From the human T2T-CHM13v2.0 reference genome, Homo sapiens: a stretch of 64,000 bases of DNA. Below, piece by piece: positions 13,384 through 27,639 of this stretch. Under the pieces are notes generated by a model. That model searched no databases, was not told the origin of the DNA, and saw nothing but the letters and a program-made list of their open reading frames with translations. Both the position numbers and the translations under genes were made by a program. Position 1 is the first letter of the stretch, and the number at the start of each line of letters is the position of its first letter. The stretch is taken from the NCBI RefSeq assembly GCF_009914755.1, contig NC_060930.1; one strand, written 5' to 3'.

Positions 13384-16300
13384 TTACAGGAATAAGTTAT
13401 TTAGTGGTGATCTGTGAGACTTTGGTGCACCCATCACGCAAGCAGTGTTCACTGTACCCCATGTGTAGTCTTTTACCCTTCGCCATCCCTTACCCTTTCT
13501 CCTGAGTCTGCAAAGCCCAGTGTATCACTCTTATACATTTGTGTCCTCAAAGCTTAGCTCCCACGTATGAGTGAGAATATACAACGTTTGGTTTTCCATT
13601 CCTGATTTACTTCACTTAGAATAATAGTCTCCAACTCCATCAGGTTGCTGTGAATGCCATTATTTCATTCCTTTTTATGGCTGAGTCATATTCCATATAT
13701 ATAGATAGAGATAAAGATATGTATATACACACACATACATGTATATAATATTTTCTTTATCCACTTGTTGATTGATGGGCATTTGGGCTTGTTCCATATT
13801 TTTGCAATTGCAAATTGTGCTGCTATAAACATGTGTGTGCAAGTATCTTTTTCATATAATGACTTCTTTTCCTCTGGGTAGATACCCAGTAGTGGGATTG
13901 CTGGATCAAATGGTAGATCTACTTTTAGTTCTTTAAAAATCTCCACACTGGTTTCCATAGTGGTTGTACTAGTTTATATTCCAACCAGCAGTGTAGAAGT
14001 GTTCCTTTTTTACTGCATTCATACCAACACAGGTTATTTTTGAATTTATTGATTATGGCCATTCTTGCAGGAGTGAAGTGGTATCACATTGTGGTTTGGA
14101 TTTGCACTTCCCTGATAATTAGTGATGTTGGGCATTTTTCCATATGTTTTTTGGCCATTTGTTTATCTCCTTTGGAGAACTATCTATTCATGACCTTAGC
14201 CCACTTTTTGATGGAATTGTTTGTTTTTTTTCTTGCTGATTTGTTTAAGTTATTTGTAGATTCTTGATATTAGTCCTTCATCAGATGTATAGATTGTGAA
14301 GGTTTTTCTCCCACTCTGTGTGTTGTCTGTTAACGCTGCTGATTATTTCTTTTGTGTGTGGAGGATTTTTAGTTTAATTAAGTCTTATCTATTTATCTTT
14401 ATTTTTGTTGCATTTGCTTTTGGGTTCTTGGTCATGAAGTCTTTGCCTAAGCCAATGTCTAGAAGGGTTTTTCTGATGTTATCTTCTAGAATCTTTATGG
14501 TTTCAGGTCTTAGATTTAAGTCTTTGATCCATCTTGAGTTAATTTTTGTATAAGGTGAGAGAAGAGGATACAGTTTCATTCTTATACACTTGTCTTGCCA
14601 ATTATCCCAGCAACATTTGTTGAATAGGATATCCTTTCCTCACTTTATGGGTTTTTGTTTGTTTGTTTGTTTTGTTTTGCTTTATTAGAGGTCAGTTGGC
14701 TGTAAGTATTTGGCTTTATTTCTGGGTGCTCTATTCTGTTCCATTGGTCTATGTGCCTATTTTTATACCAGTACCATGCTGTTTTGGTGACTATGGCCTT
14801 ATAGTATAGTTTGAAGCTGGTTTATGTGATGCCTCCAGATTTGTTCTTTTTGCTTAGTCTTGCTATGTCTATGTGGGCTCTTGTTTGGTTCCATATGAAT
14901 GTTAGGATAGTTTTTTCTTGTTCTATGAAGAATGTTGGTGGTCTTTTGATGGGAATTTCACTGACTTTTGTAGATTGCTTTTGGCAGTATGGTCATTTTC
15001 ACAATATTGATTCTACCCATCCATGAGCATGGGATGTGTTTCCATTTGTTTGTGTTGTCTATTATTTCTTTCAGCAGTGTTTTGTAGTTTTCCTTGTAGA
15101 GTTTTTTCATATCCTTGGTTGGGTACATTCTTAAGTATTTTATTTTATTTGCAGATGTGAAAGAGGTTGAGTTATTGATTTGATTCTCAGCTTTGTCACT
15201 TTGTTGGTGTATGGCAGAACTACTGATTTGTGTGCATTAATTTTGTATCTGCAACTTTGCTGAATTCGTTTACCAGTACTAGGAGCTTTTTGAATGAGTC
15301 TTTAGGGTTTTCTACGTATACAATTTTATCATCAGCAAGCAGTAACAGTTTGACGTCCTCTTTACTGATTTGGATGCTCCATTTTTCTTTCTCTTGTCTG
15401 GCTAGTACTTCTAATAGTATGTTGAACAGAAGTGATGAAAGTGGGCATCATTGTCTTATTCCAGTTCTCAGGGGAAATGCTTTCAACTTTTCCTTGTTCA
15501 GTATAATGTTAGCTGTGGGTTTGTCATAGATGGCTTGTGTTACCTTAAGGTATGTCCGTCTCATGCCAATTTTGCTGAGAGTTTTAATCATAAAGGGATG
15601 CTAGATTTTATCAAATGCTTTTTCTGCATCTATCAATATGATCATGTGATTTTTGTTTTTAATTATCTTTATGTGGAGTATCACATTTATTGACTTGTGG
15701 ATGTTAAACCATCCCTGGTAATGAAACCCACTTGATCATGGTGGATTATCTTTTTGATATGCTGTTGGATTCAGTTTGCTAGTATTTTGTTTAGGATTTT
15801 TGCATCTATATTCATCAGGATATTGATGTATAGTTTTCTTTTTTTTTGTTATATCCTTTCCTGGTTTTGTCATTAGGGTGATACTGGCTTTATAGAATGA
15901 TTTAGGGAGGATTCCCTCTTTCTCTATCTTTTGGAATAATGTCAGTAGGATTGGTACCAATTCTTCTTTGAATGTCTGATAGAATTGAGCTGTGAAGCTC
16001 TGTGGTCCTGGATTTTTTGTTGTTGTTGTTGGCAGTTTTTTTATTGCCATTTCAATCTCACTGCTTGTTATTGGTCTGTTCAGAGATTCTATATCTTTCT
16101 GGTTTAATCAAGGAGGGTTGTATATTTCTAGGAATTTATTCATCTCTTCTAGATTTTCTAGTTTATGTGCATAAAGGTGGTTAAATAATATTTTGTATTT
16201 CTGTGGAATCAGTTGTAATATCTCCCATTTCATTTCCAGTTGAGCTTATTTGGATCTTCTCTCTTCTTTTCCTGGTTAATCTTGCTAATGGTCTATCAAT

Positions 16301-19300
16301 TTTATTTATTGTTTCAGAGAACCAGATTTTTGCTTCACTCATCTTTTATATTTTTGTTTGTTTCAATTTCATTTAACTCTGCTCTGATCTTTGTTATTTC
16401 TTTTCTTCTGCTGGGCTCAAGTTTGGATTGTTCTTGTTTCTCCAGTTCCGTGAGGTGTGACCTTAGATTTTTTTATTTGTGCTCTTTCAGACTTTTTGAT
16501 GTAGGCATTTAATACTATGAACTTTCCTTTTAGCACTGCTTTTGCTATATCCCAGAGGTTTTGATAGGTTGTGTCACTACTATCATTCAGTTCAGAGAAT
16601 TTTTAAATTTCTGTCTTGATTTTATTATTGACCCAATGATAATTCAGGAGCAGGTTATTTCATTTCCATGTATTTGCATGATTTTGAAGGCTCCTTTTGG
16701 AATTGATTTCCAATTTCATTCCACTATGGTCTGAGAGAGTACTTGATATAATTTTGATTTTCTTAAATGTACTGACACTTGTTTTGAGGACTATTATATG
16801 GTCTATCTTGGAGAATGTTCCATGTGTTGATTAACAGAATGTATATTATGCAGTTGTTGGGTAGAATGTTCTGTAAATATCTGTTAAGTCCACTTAAAGT
16901 ATACTTTAAGTCCACTGTTCGTTGTTGACTTTCTGTCTTGATGGCCTGTCTAGTGCTGTCAGTGGAATATTAAAGTCCTCCACTATGACTGTGTTGCCAT
17001 CTATCTCATTTCTTAGGTCTAATAGTAATTGTTTTATAAATTTGGGAGCTCCAGTGTTAGGTGCATATATATTTAGAATTGTGATATTTTCCTGTTGGAC
17101 TAGTCCTTTTATCATTATATAATGTCCCTCTTTGTCTTTTTTAACTGCTGTTGCTTTAACATTTGTTTTGTCTGCTATAAGAATAGCTACTCCTGCTCAC
17201 TTTTGATGTCCATTTGCATGGATTATCTTTTCTCACCCCACACCTTAATTTTATGTGAGTCTACAGCAGAAACTTGGTTAGTGAATTCTTATCCATTCTG
17301 CCATTCTGTATCTTTTAAGTGGAGCATTTAGGCCATTTATATTCAATGTTAGTATTGAGATGTGAGATACTATTTTATTCATCATGCTATTTGTTGCCTA
17401 AATACCTGTTTTTTTTTTTAATTGTGTTACCATTATATAGGTCCTGTGAGATTTATGCTTTAAGGAGGTTCTATTTTGGTATATCTCAAGGATTTGTTTC
17501 AGGATTTACAGCTCCTTTTAGCAGATCTTGTAGTGCTGACTTGTTGGTGGTGAATTCTCTCAGCATTTGTCTATCTGGAAAAGACTGTATCATTCCTGCA
17601 TTTATCAAGCTTAGTTTCACAGGCTACAAAATTCTTGGCTCATAATTATTTTGTTTAATGAGGAGAAAAGTAGGACCCCAATCCCTTCTATTGTGTAGGG
17701 TTTCTGCTGAGAAATCTGCTGTTAATGTGAGAGGTTTCCCTTTGTAGGTTACCTGATTCTTTTGCCTCACAGATCTTATGATTCTTTCCTTCATCTTGAC
17801 ATTAGATAACCTGATGAGTATGTGCCTAAGTGATGATCTTTTTGTGATGAATTTCCTGGGTCTTCTTTGAGCTTCTTGTATTTGGATGTCTAGGTATCTA
17901 GCAAGGCTGGGGAAGTTTCCTTGATTATTCCCTCAGATATGTTTTCTGAACTTTTAGATTTCTCTTCTTCCTCAGGAACATCCATTATTCTTAGGTTTGG
18001 AAATTTAACATAGTCCCAAATTTCTTGGAGTCTTTGTTCATTTTTTAAATTATTTTTTCTTGTCTTTAACAGATTGGGTAAATTCAAAAGCCTTGTATTC
18101 GAGTTCTGAAGTTCTTTCTTCTTCTTTTTGATTCTATTGCTGAGACTTTACAGGCATTTCTCTAAGTGTGTCCTTGATCTCCAGAATTTGTGATTGTTTT
18201 TTATTTGTGCTATTTATTTCACTGATGAATTTTCCTTTCATATCCTGTATCACGTTTTTTATTTCTTTAAGTTGGATTTCACCTTTGTCTGGTGCCTCCT
18301 TGATTAGTTTAATAATCAACCTTCTGAATTATTTTCCTGGCAACTCAGAGGTTTTATTTTGATTTGGATCCATTGCTGGTGAGCTGGTATGATCTTCTGG
18401 GGGTGATAAAGAAATTTGTTTTGTCATATTACCAGAATTATTTTTCTGGTTCCCTCTCATTTGGGCAGCCTATGTCAGAGGGAAGATCTGGGATTCAGGT
18501 GCTGCTGTTCAGATTCTTTTGCCCCACAGTGTGCTCCCTTGATGTGGTGTTCTTCCTGAGAGCTGAACTGTAGTGATTGTTTTTGTTCTTCTGAGTACTG
18601 AGACTGGTAGTGGGGAGTGTCTGCAAAGAGTCCTGTGATGTGATCTGTCTTCAGGTCTCACAGCCATAAATACCAGCACCTGCCCCCATGGAGGTAGCAG
18701 GGGAGTGAAGTGGACTTTGTGAGGTCCTTGGTGGTGTTTTTGTTTAGTGCGCTGGTTTTGTGTTGGCTGGCCTCTGGCCAGGAGATGGTGCTTTCAAGAG
18801 CACCTTAGCTGTGGTCCTATAAGGAGGATGCAAACTTGCCCTAGGGACACCTGGTTAAGCATTTAGCTTTCTCAGGCGGTGGGCAGGGCCATAGAGCTTC
18901 TAAGAAATTATGACCTTTGGCTAGAGAAAGACCACCTGGTGGGGACAGGGATAGGCTCAGCCTCTCCTTGGGGAGGGCTTGCTATGGCTGCTGTGGGGGA
19001 TAGGTGTCTGGTTCCCAGTCCAGAGGATTTATATTCCCAGGGGGATTATGGCTGCCTCTGCTGAGTCATACAGGTTGCCAGGGAATTGAGGGAAAGCCAG
19101 CAGTCACAGACCTCACCCCATTCCCATGCAAACAGCAGTCCTAAAGGCCAATCTCACTCTCACCATGCCCCTGCAACAGCACTGATTCTATTTCCAGGCT
19201 GCTAGTGACCAGGGCTGAGAACTTGCTCTAGACTGCCAGCTTCCCCGCTGAGAAAGCAAGCAGATTTCACAGTTTTTCCACATCTCAGGGAGCCTGCAGC

Positions 19301-19480
19301 AGCTATACAGTTCCTTCAAAGGGTCTGTGGATTCTCTCCGCTTTCCTGGTTTGTTCCTATGGTAGTTCTTGGAGCAAAAGTTCACAATGTGAGTCTCCAC
19401 ATGCTGCTGTGTCTGTCCAAACAGGAGCTGCAAGCTAGTCCTGCCTCCTATCCACCACATTAATACTCATCCTGAATCTT

Positions 19481-19917
19481 ACTCCTGATCCTCCTTAAGA
19501 ACATAGCCATTCAGCTATATTCCCAAGCCAGAAATGGGAGAATCTTCTCATATTCTTCCAACTCTCACCCTCCTTGCCACATGCAATTTGTTATCAATTC
19601 CCTCTAAATATTTCCTTTGTATTTTTAATATTTTTAGCTTTATTGAGGTATAATTGACAAAATTATATATATTCAAGGTATATACAACATGATATTTTGA
19701 TATACCTCTACATTTTGAAATGACTACCTCAGTCAAGCTAATCAATATATGCATGACCTAACCTTTTGTGTGTATGTGATGAGAATGCTTAACATCTGCT
19801 TGCTTAGTAAGTATAAATATATATACTTGTTTTTGTCTTATTATCTGTTCAGTCTTATTACTTCAGTTCAGGCTTTCTTCACTGTTGGCTGGACCACTTC
19901 AACAACCTCCTGACTGA
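19481..19917 (+). mobile_element. L2 continuation interrupted by a short L1M 3' fragment (~19620-19830, minus strand)
   Basis: CCCAAGCCAGAAATGGGAGAATC and GGACCACTTCAACAACCTCCTGACTG are L2 motifs; AGCTTTATTGAGGTATAATTGACA is an L1MA/MB tail. Confidence 0.6.
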
Positions 19918-20337
19918 TATGGTTATTACACTATTGGAAGCAAGGAAATCAATGAAAACCTTTTGCAGCAATTTAGGCTCATGATGAAGTCTGCCTTAAC
20001 TAGGGTAATGACTTTGGGGATGGAGGATGAGGGAAGTGAGGCAGGGGAACAATGGAAGAAAACAGAGAATGTATGAAACAGTTGTGAAAAACTGGAAATT
20101 GAACTGACCAGAGAAATGCATGAGATTTCTTAGACAGCCTGAGATCCACTTGAAAAACTCTGATTCTCTAGTGGACCCATTCTGTACAAATGTGATACCT
20201 CTAGCAGCCCCTGTATAAGTGAAGAGAAGTGGGCGTTTGACTTTGTAATGGGTTAACATTTTTATGGATGTTGAGATGGGGTGAATATATTTTGCAAGTG
20301 GGAGGAACATGAATCTTTGGGGTCCACATGTCATACT

Positions 20338-20827
20338 ACAGTAGGCAGAATAATGCCTCCTTAAGGCCTCCAGGTTCTAATTCCCAAAACCTTTGACTGT
20401 TTCTTCATATGGAAAAGGGGACTTTACAGGTGAGATTAAGAATCTTGAGATGGGGAGATTATGCTGATTATTCTGGTGGGCCCTAAAAGTAATCACAAAT
20501 GTCCTTATAAGAGGGAGGCAGAGAGATATTTGGCAGAAAAGGATAAGGAGATATGATGACTGGAAACAGGTTGGAGTGATATCCTTTAAAGATGGAGGAA
20601 GGGGTCATGAACCAGGGAACATTGGCAGCCACTAGAAGGTAAAAAGGCAAGGAATTGTTTCTCCACTCATAATTTCCAGAAGAAACTAGCCTTGCTAACA
20701 CCTTGATTTTAGCCTGGTGTAACTGATTTTAGACTTCTGACCTCCAGAACAATAAGGGTATATTTGCATTGTTTTAAGTGACTAAGTTTGTGGTAATTTC
20801 TTATGGCATTAACAGGAAAATAATGCA
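20338..20827 (+). mobile_element. MLT1D-like solo LTR
   Basis: GTAGGCAGAATAATGCCTCC...CTTGAGATGGGGAGATTAT...GACTTCTGACCTCCAGAAC...CTAAGTTTGTGGTAATTT. Confidence 0.85.
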
Positions 20828-21102
20828 GGCTTAATTTAGGGTAGGGGTTTTAGCAGAGAGATGGGGAGATGGAAAAAAGGCATGAGAGTAGAGAATAATT
20901 GGAACAGAATAGTTAAAATGATAGTTTAAGTACTCAGTTTATTAGGGTAGAAGTGGAGATAGACAGGGACTGATAGGAAGAAAGTAGAAGGCTCAAGTGG
21001 TTGGAAAGCCCAGTACAGGACCGGAAGATTTCTATTTCAATTGCAGTAGCTGGGTGAATAACTTATAAATTATATAAATTTACCTGGTTTTAAAAACATA
21101 CC

Positions 21103-21339
21103 AGCTGGGCGCTGTGGCTCATGCCTGTAATTCCAGCACTTTGAGAAGCTGAGGTGGGAGGGTGACTTGAGGCCAGGAGTTCGAGACCAGTGTGGGCAAC
21201 ATAGTGAGATGCCATCTCTACAAAAAATAAATAAATTAACTGGATGTGATGGTGCATGCTTGTAGTCACAGCTAGTCAGGAGGCTGAGGTGAGAGAATCG
21301 CTTAAGCCTGGGAGGTTTAGCATATAGTGAGCCATGATT
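21103..21339 (+). mobile_element. AluJ, 3'-truncated with no tail
   Basis: CTTGAGGCCAGGAGTTCGAGACC and GGGCAACATAGTGAGA are J diagnostics; homology ends at GAGCCATGATT. Confidence 0.9.
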
Positions 21340-22489
21340 TGATTTGATCCCTAAAATCACCAAATATGGGTTGATACAGTTGTTAACAAAGTATTAAAAG
21401 TACATGCTTTGGTAAAATTTTTGGAATACAGCAGCCCAATCTGTATTGGGATTGAGATAAAATAAAAAGTCCAGCTAGGAAAGCTGATAATTTACATTTC
21501 GATAGAAACAAATAGAATAATAAAAATCTGGTAACATATCTGCTCAAGTCCAAAAAATATCGCAAGAAATCTACACTTACAGATGCACACATGCATAAAT
21601 AGTCAAGTATGTAATTAACTGGTAGACGGGTCATAGCAAGTTTAGGAACTGAAACACATCAAAGTCCATTTCATAATACTATTAGCAAATATGATATATT
21701 TTATTATTTTATACCCACATAGCAGGAAGCTAATGTTATTTGGAAACGATTCAAAAAGGTAGTTTAGTTAGATTTACATATTAGTTATCTCACCCAAAAT
21801 GTCTATCTATACCAAGACACATATTTAGCTATAGGGTCATACTATTATAGTGTTCATGTTAGATTCATAAGAGTATGCACATGCATTGTATTTATATGAC
21901 ATTTTCCTTGTTACTTACAGTATTACCTATGATTGCCCATCTTCTTTTATCACAATTGGATGCTTAATTTATGGAGAAAGCTGCTGTCAGTTTTTATCTG
22001 CATCTCTTCTCCTCTCCTCTGGGTTGTTATGTCCCTCTATTGCTGTGAACTTCATGTAGTCCGACTATAAACCCATCCAAAGGAAAACTTAAGCAGCCTC
22101 ATTGTCAGTTGGACTCTTTGCCTTTGTTCTATAAGCAATAAAACTATATGTCCCTGGCTAAATGTAAATAGAGAGGTTTAGTATTGTCCTTCTGGAGATA
22201 AACTACAATGGTTTATTTTTCCACATTGAATCATTTAATGGATTTTTTTTCCACGTGATGGTTTTTTATATGCTAATGAAACATGTAAAGTGTGACATTA
22301 AATGGTATAAGGGTCTAAGTAGTACTAACATGGTAAGATTAGAAAATTCTTATCTAAGTTCTCATCCCTGTGATGCATTCAGCACATCAGTCAGTACAAC
22401 CAAGTTGTCTTGAGCAGTCACTCATTTCAGTATTCCAACAATCATAGGAATAATACTGCCTAGCTATATCAAAAGCACATTTTATATTA

Positions 22490-22700
22490 GGGCACAGACT
22501 AATAAATTATAGTCCATGGGCCAAACCTGGCCAGTTTCCCATTTTTGTGAATACAGTTTTACTGAAACAAAGCCACAACTATTCACTTGCATATTGTCTG
22601 TGGCTGCTTTTAGGTGTACAATGACAGAGTTCAGTAGTTGTGCCAGGGACCTTATGGTCTGCAAAGCCTAAAATATTTACCTGGCCCTTTAAGAAAAAAG
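22490..22700 (+). mobile_element. MER58A hAT DNA transposon
   Basis: GGGCCAAACCTGGCC...CATATTGTCTGTGGCTGCTTT...GACCTTATGGTCTGCAAAGCCTAAAATATTTAC. Confidence 0.85.
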
Positions 22701-23281
22701 GCCCTTAAGTATGCCCTTACCTCACTAACCCCATATTTGAGTCAAGTATGTATATAATACAGTTGTAGTGTCTTACTTTGAAATGTATCTTAAATGTTCT
22801 GAGTTAATTTTCATTTCAAACTTTCTCTTGTTTCCATAAATTATTTAAGTGTCCTAGGAATTCCAGTTTCGGTATCTAAACTTCATTTGTGCCTTCTTGA
22901 CAAAATATGCATTCTGACTTTTGTTTCAAAAACAGGATTTCTGTTTCTATAATACACTGCTTTTATTTTAGAGTTTTTTATAATGTGAATGTCATACTTG
23001 CCTCTTGACACTTGTATTATAATGAAATTTTATTTTATGTGTGGTTTCCAAACCAAATTCAAATCATTTGAGTTTTGAATTCATAAATAACAGAGCCTAT
23101 GCTGTGGGGTTTTATTAACAGTGGTGACCTCTCTAATGCCACTTTTAGGAATTGTCTGAGCTTTGGACTCATCACTTAGTTGCAATATAAACTAACTTGC
23201 CTTATTTCCAAAATGAAACTATTAGTTGCTTGTCTGCAAGGATATGAAGCACCCTGGGCTTCAGAGTCTGTGCTCTTGGCT

Positions 23282-24873
23282 TTTGTATGTTGAACTAGCC
23301 TTGTATCCTAGGGATGAAGCCGACTTGATAGTGGTGGTAAGCTTTTTGATGTGCTGCTGGATTTGGTTTGCCAGTATTTTATTGAGGATTTTTGCATCAA
23401 TGTTCATCAGGGATATTGGCCTGAAATTTTCTTTTTTTGTTTCTCTGCCAGGTTTTGGTATCAAAAGGATGCTGGCATCATAAAATGAGTTAAGGAGGAG
23501 TCCCTCTTTTTCTATTGTTTAGAATCGTTTCAGAAGGAATGGTACCAGCTCCTCTTTGTACCTCTGGTAGAATTTGGCTTTGAATCTGTCTGGCCCTGGG
23601 CTTTTTTTGGTTGGTAGGCTATTAATTACTGCCTCAATTTCAGAACTTGTTATTGGTCTACTCAGGGATTCAACTTCTTCCTGGTTTAGTCTTGGAAGGG
23701 TGTATGTGTCCAGGAATTTACCCATTTCTTCTAGATTTTCTAGTTTGTTTGCATAGAGGTGTTTATAGTATTCACTGGTGGTAGTTTGTATTTCTGTGGG
23801 ATCAGTGGTGATCTCCCGTTTATCATTGTTTATTGTATCTATTTGATTCTTCTTTCTTTTCTTTATTAGTCTTGCCAGTGGTCTATTTTGTTAATCTTTT
23901 CAAAAAACCAGCTCCTGGATTCATTAATTTTTTGAAGGGTTTTTCGTGTCTCTATCTCCTTCAGTTCTGCTCTGAGCTTAGTTATTTCTTGTCTTCTGCT
24001 AGCTTTTGAATTTGTTTTCTCTTGCTTGTCTAGTTCTTTTAATTGTAATGTTAGGATGTCGATTTTAGATCTTTCCTGCTTTCTCCTGTGGGCATTTAGT
24101 GCTATAAATTTCTCTCTAAACACTGCTTTGGCTGTGTCCCAGAGATTCTGGTACGTTTTGTCTTTGTTCTCATTGGTTTCAAAGAACTTATTTATTTCTG
24201 CCTTAATTTCATTATTTACCCAGTAGTCATTCAGGATCAGGTTGTTCAGTTTCCATGTAGTTGTGCAGTTCTGAGTAAGTTTCTTAATCTTGAGTTCTAA
24301 TTTGATTGCCGTGTGGTCTGAGAGACTGTTTGTTATGATTTCTGTTCTTTTGCATTTGCTGAGGAGTGTCTTACTTCCAATTATGTGGTCAATTTTGAAT
24401 ACGTACAATGTGGTGCTGAGAAGAATGTATGTTCTGTTGATTTGGGGTGGAGAGTTCTGTAGATGTCTATTAGGTCCACTTGATCCAGAGCTGAGTTCAA
24501 GTCCTAAATATCCTTATTAATTTTCTATCTCATCGATCTGTCTAATATTGATGATGGGGTGTTAAAATCTCCCACTATTATTGTGTGGGAGTCTAAGTCT
24601 CTTTGTAGGTCTCCAAGAACTTGCTTTATGAATCTGGGTTCTCCTGTATTGGGTGCATATATATTTAGTATAGTAGCTCTTCTTGTTGCATTGATCCCTT
24701 TACCATTATATAATGCCCTAAATTGTCTTTTTGATGTTTGTTGGTTTAAAGGCTGTTTTATCAGAGACTAGGATTGCAACCCCTGCTTTTTTTCTTCTTT
24801 CCACTTGCTTGGTAAATATTCCTCCATCCCTTTATTTTAAGTCTATGTGTGTCTTTGCACATAAAATGGGTCT
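23282..24873 (-). mobile_element. Internal L1PA ORF2 fragment (endonuclease to start of RT) lacking both termini
   Basis: ORF2 peptides [57 protein letters not shown]; no poly-A and no TSD. Confidence 0.92.
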
Positions 24874-27439
24874 ATTTGTTTCCCCAAGAATCACATATTT
24901 TATAAAAGGAGAGTTCTAACCATCTGTTTCATATGGGACTGTGGGTCACCATTAACCTGTGGGAGGAAGCACAGAGTGCTCATAGGCCCACTTGTCTGCA
25001 CACAATACTGTCAGGTGTGAAGTGAGGAAAGTTGGGTTAAGAGGACCTCTGGCATGAGGAAGTAAAAGGGAGATATTTTTTCCTTCTAAAGTGTGGACAA
25101 GCCACCCTCTGGTGAGTATGCTGCTTTTGTACTCATAGAATAGGTACTTTTTTTTCTCGACTTATGAAGAGGCACCCATATTGAATACAAATTAAATAGA
25201 CATGGCTCTTGCAAGTAGTCAGTGAACTCTCTCTCCCAGGGCACCATGGTATTTGGTAAGTTATTTCCCGCAGAATGGCAGCTTAATTCCTAGATAATTT
25301 GGACCCCTTTATGCAGATGAATTTGTGTTGCCATCCCCCCTCCGCTGCTTTTTAGAACAAAGCTGATGGAAATTTAATTCTGTGAAACAAAAACAAAAAT
25401 AATAGTATAAGTTAAATGCATTCAAATGCTCAGCTGTTTTCATTTCATTGCGTTTTGAGGAGATTTAGCAATACTGCTCTAGGCAGATGACAAATTCGGA
25501 GAGGATATGAAACTGCTTGTATAGATTATTTTGTAAGAGTTAGAATACCTAGTTGTATTTACCAAGGAAAAAGTTTAGTTAGGATTAAAGTAGCAAAGCT
25601 TCCTGTTTTAATGAGAACTAAAAGTGAAAGACCCAGACAGGGGCCTTGTGACTCCCGAAGAGTGCAATGGGATTCTAAGTTGCTTGTGAAGGATAGGTTC
25701 AAGACGTTTAGCCTTCCCTTTCTATATTTTTATCAATGGACATATGTAATCACTGAGCTTGCTCCCCTCCCCATCCCACTCTCTATCTAGCCCACTGTTG
25801 AGCACCAAATCAGGTTAATGGAACATCTACTCTTTTTGAAAATGGCCCAAAAGACCTGGATTAGGAATTTTATGACTATCATCTCTTTAGGTTTATTTTG
25901 TGTTTTACTTGAACATATCTATTCTATTAAATCAGGTGGTGAGTGATATTACCCATGTTGTTCTGTCACTTGCTAGAAATAGCTCAAGATGCTCTTGCAA
26001 GCAGCCTAATTACTCAATGTATCTGCATTCCGCTGTTTGGGTTGCAATCTGAGCACCTTTGTGCCATCCATGAAAGGCTCTTCAGCTCTTCTTTACTTGC
26101 TTTCAACCCTCGCCTCTAGTGCCTCAAGAAGATGGGTTAAGAGCCAGCCATTCTAGGGATAAATACCTGGTTTGTTCCTTAGTCTCATCTGTATAAAATG
26201 GGAATTAGAATAATAGTATTAACTTCATTAAATTATACAATAAATAAATAGGATCTTAGAAGTATATCTGGCACACAGTTCCATACTGTATGTTCCTAAA
26301 GAGCTAGTCCTAGATGATAAAATAAGATTTCCCTCTGAAATGTGAAATGCCCAGTGACTGGGCAGAATAAGTAATGATAGTAATGCTAGTTATTATTATT
26401 AAGCTGAATGTCAATGTAAATATTTTTAACTTCACTCTGCTCTTATTATTGTTCCTTTTTTTCTTATTTTATTTTCTTCCCCTTTTAATCCTTCAGTCTT
26501 TCTTAGAACCCTTTTGCAACTCATCTTCTAAGAGTTGTGTCTGGTGTATTCCTGTTCAATTATCTCTTTATTCACATGTCATTCATTGTGCCCATTGCCA
26601 TCTCATTCCCTAGCTAGACCTCAACACTGGCAATAATCTTCTAGGCAATGTATAGCAATGGCATTGTTATTCTTAATGATATTCCAGAATGGTATGTTAA
26701 TAAGCTCAATATGTATACATGTGTGATGAGTTAATTTGAGTCCTGAGATACTTCAGATTATGAAGATGGGAGAACCAGAGCATAACTCCAAGCCGTCAGG
26801 TACTTGTGGGATTTTTCATTGTATTTTTTTCAATTTCCATTAGATTATATGTTTTCTTAAATGAAGACTAGCCAATCAGGCTGGTGTTATGTGAAGACTC
26901 TTAATAGCTACCACAGTCACTCTTTCCACTCTTTACACCCACTTTACCTAGACCCTATTTGGATATATTTATACACATATTTTCAGCCTCATCTTGGCAC
27001 TGGCCAGGTGTCTGAGTCCTTGAACAACCAAAAATTACACCTTAAGCTCCATGTTCCCCTATCAGAGCAGTAACCTGAGGGCTGCTATAAAGACGCTATT
27101 TTGCCATTTTGAGCTTTTTTGGTTTTAGAGAAAGAATAATTTCTAAGGCATCACCCTGACTGCAGATGAAAGCATATGATTTTCTCCAGTTCTGCCAGTT
27201 GTTTTAGTTATTTAATCTGCAGGCTGTCATATCCCACTTCCACATTTAAAGTCTCAGGCAGGTAGTTGATCTTTTCCTGATCTCAAGGATATCTCCAGAA
27301 TCATTATTTTAGTGGCTCATGAACTATTTTAGCTCATAATGGGCTGTTTGCTTCTGTTTCTAGGAGAGTGGGTACTAGTTGAACAATAACTGCAAATATT
27401 CTCGCTAACATGTATCATTGTTTTTTCAAGAAGGGAGCA

Positions 27440-27615
27440 GACTGTAAATATTTTAAACTTTACAGGTCATACAGTCTCTGTTACAACTATTCAACTCTAT
27501 TATTTTAGTATGACTGTAATTTTAAACAAATGGGTGTGGCCATGCTCCAATAAAACTTTTTATTAACAAAAGAGGCAGATAGCAGAATTTGCCTCGTGGT
27601 TTGCCAACTCCTGAT
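27440..27615 (+). mobile_element. MER58-family fragment
   Basis: GTAAATATTTTAAACTTTACAGGTCATACAGTCTCTGTTACAACTATTCAACTCT...TTTGCCAACTCCTG. Confidence 0.7.
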
Positions 27616-27639
27616 TTATACTAATACCTTGAACTATAA

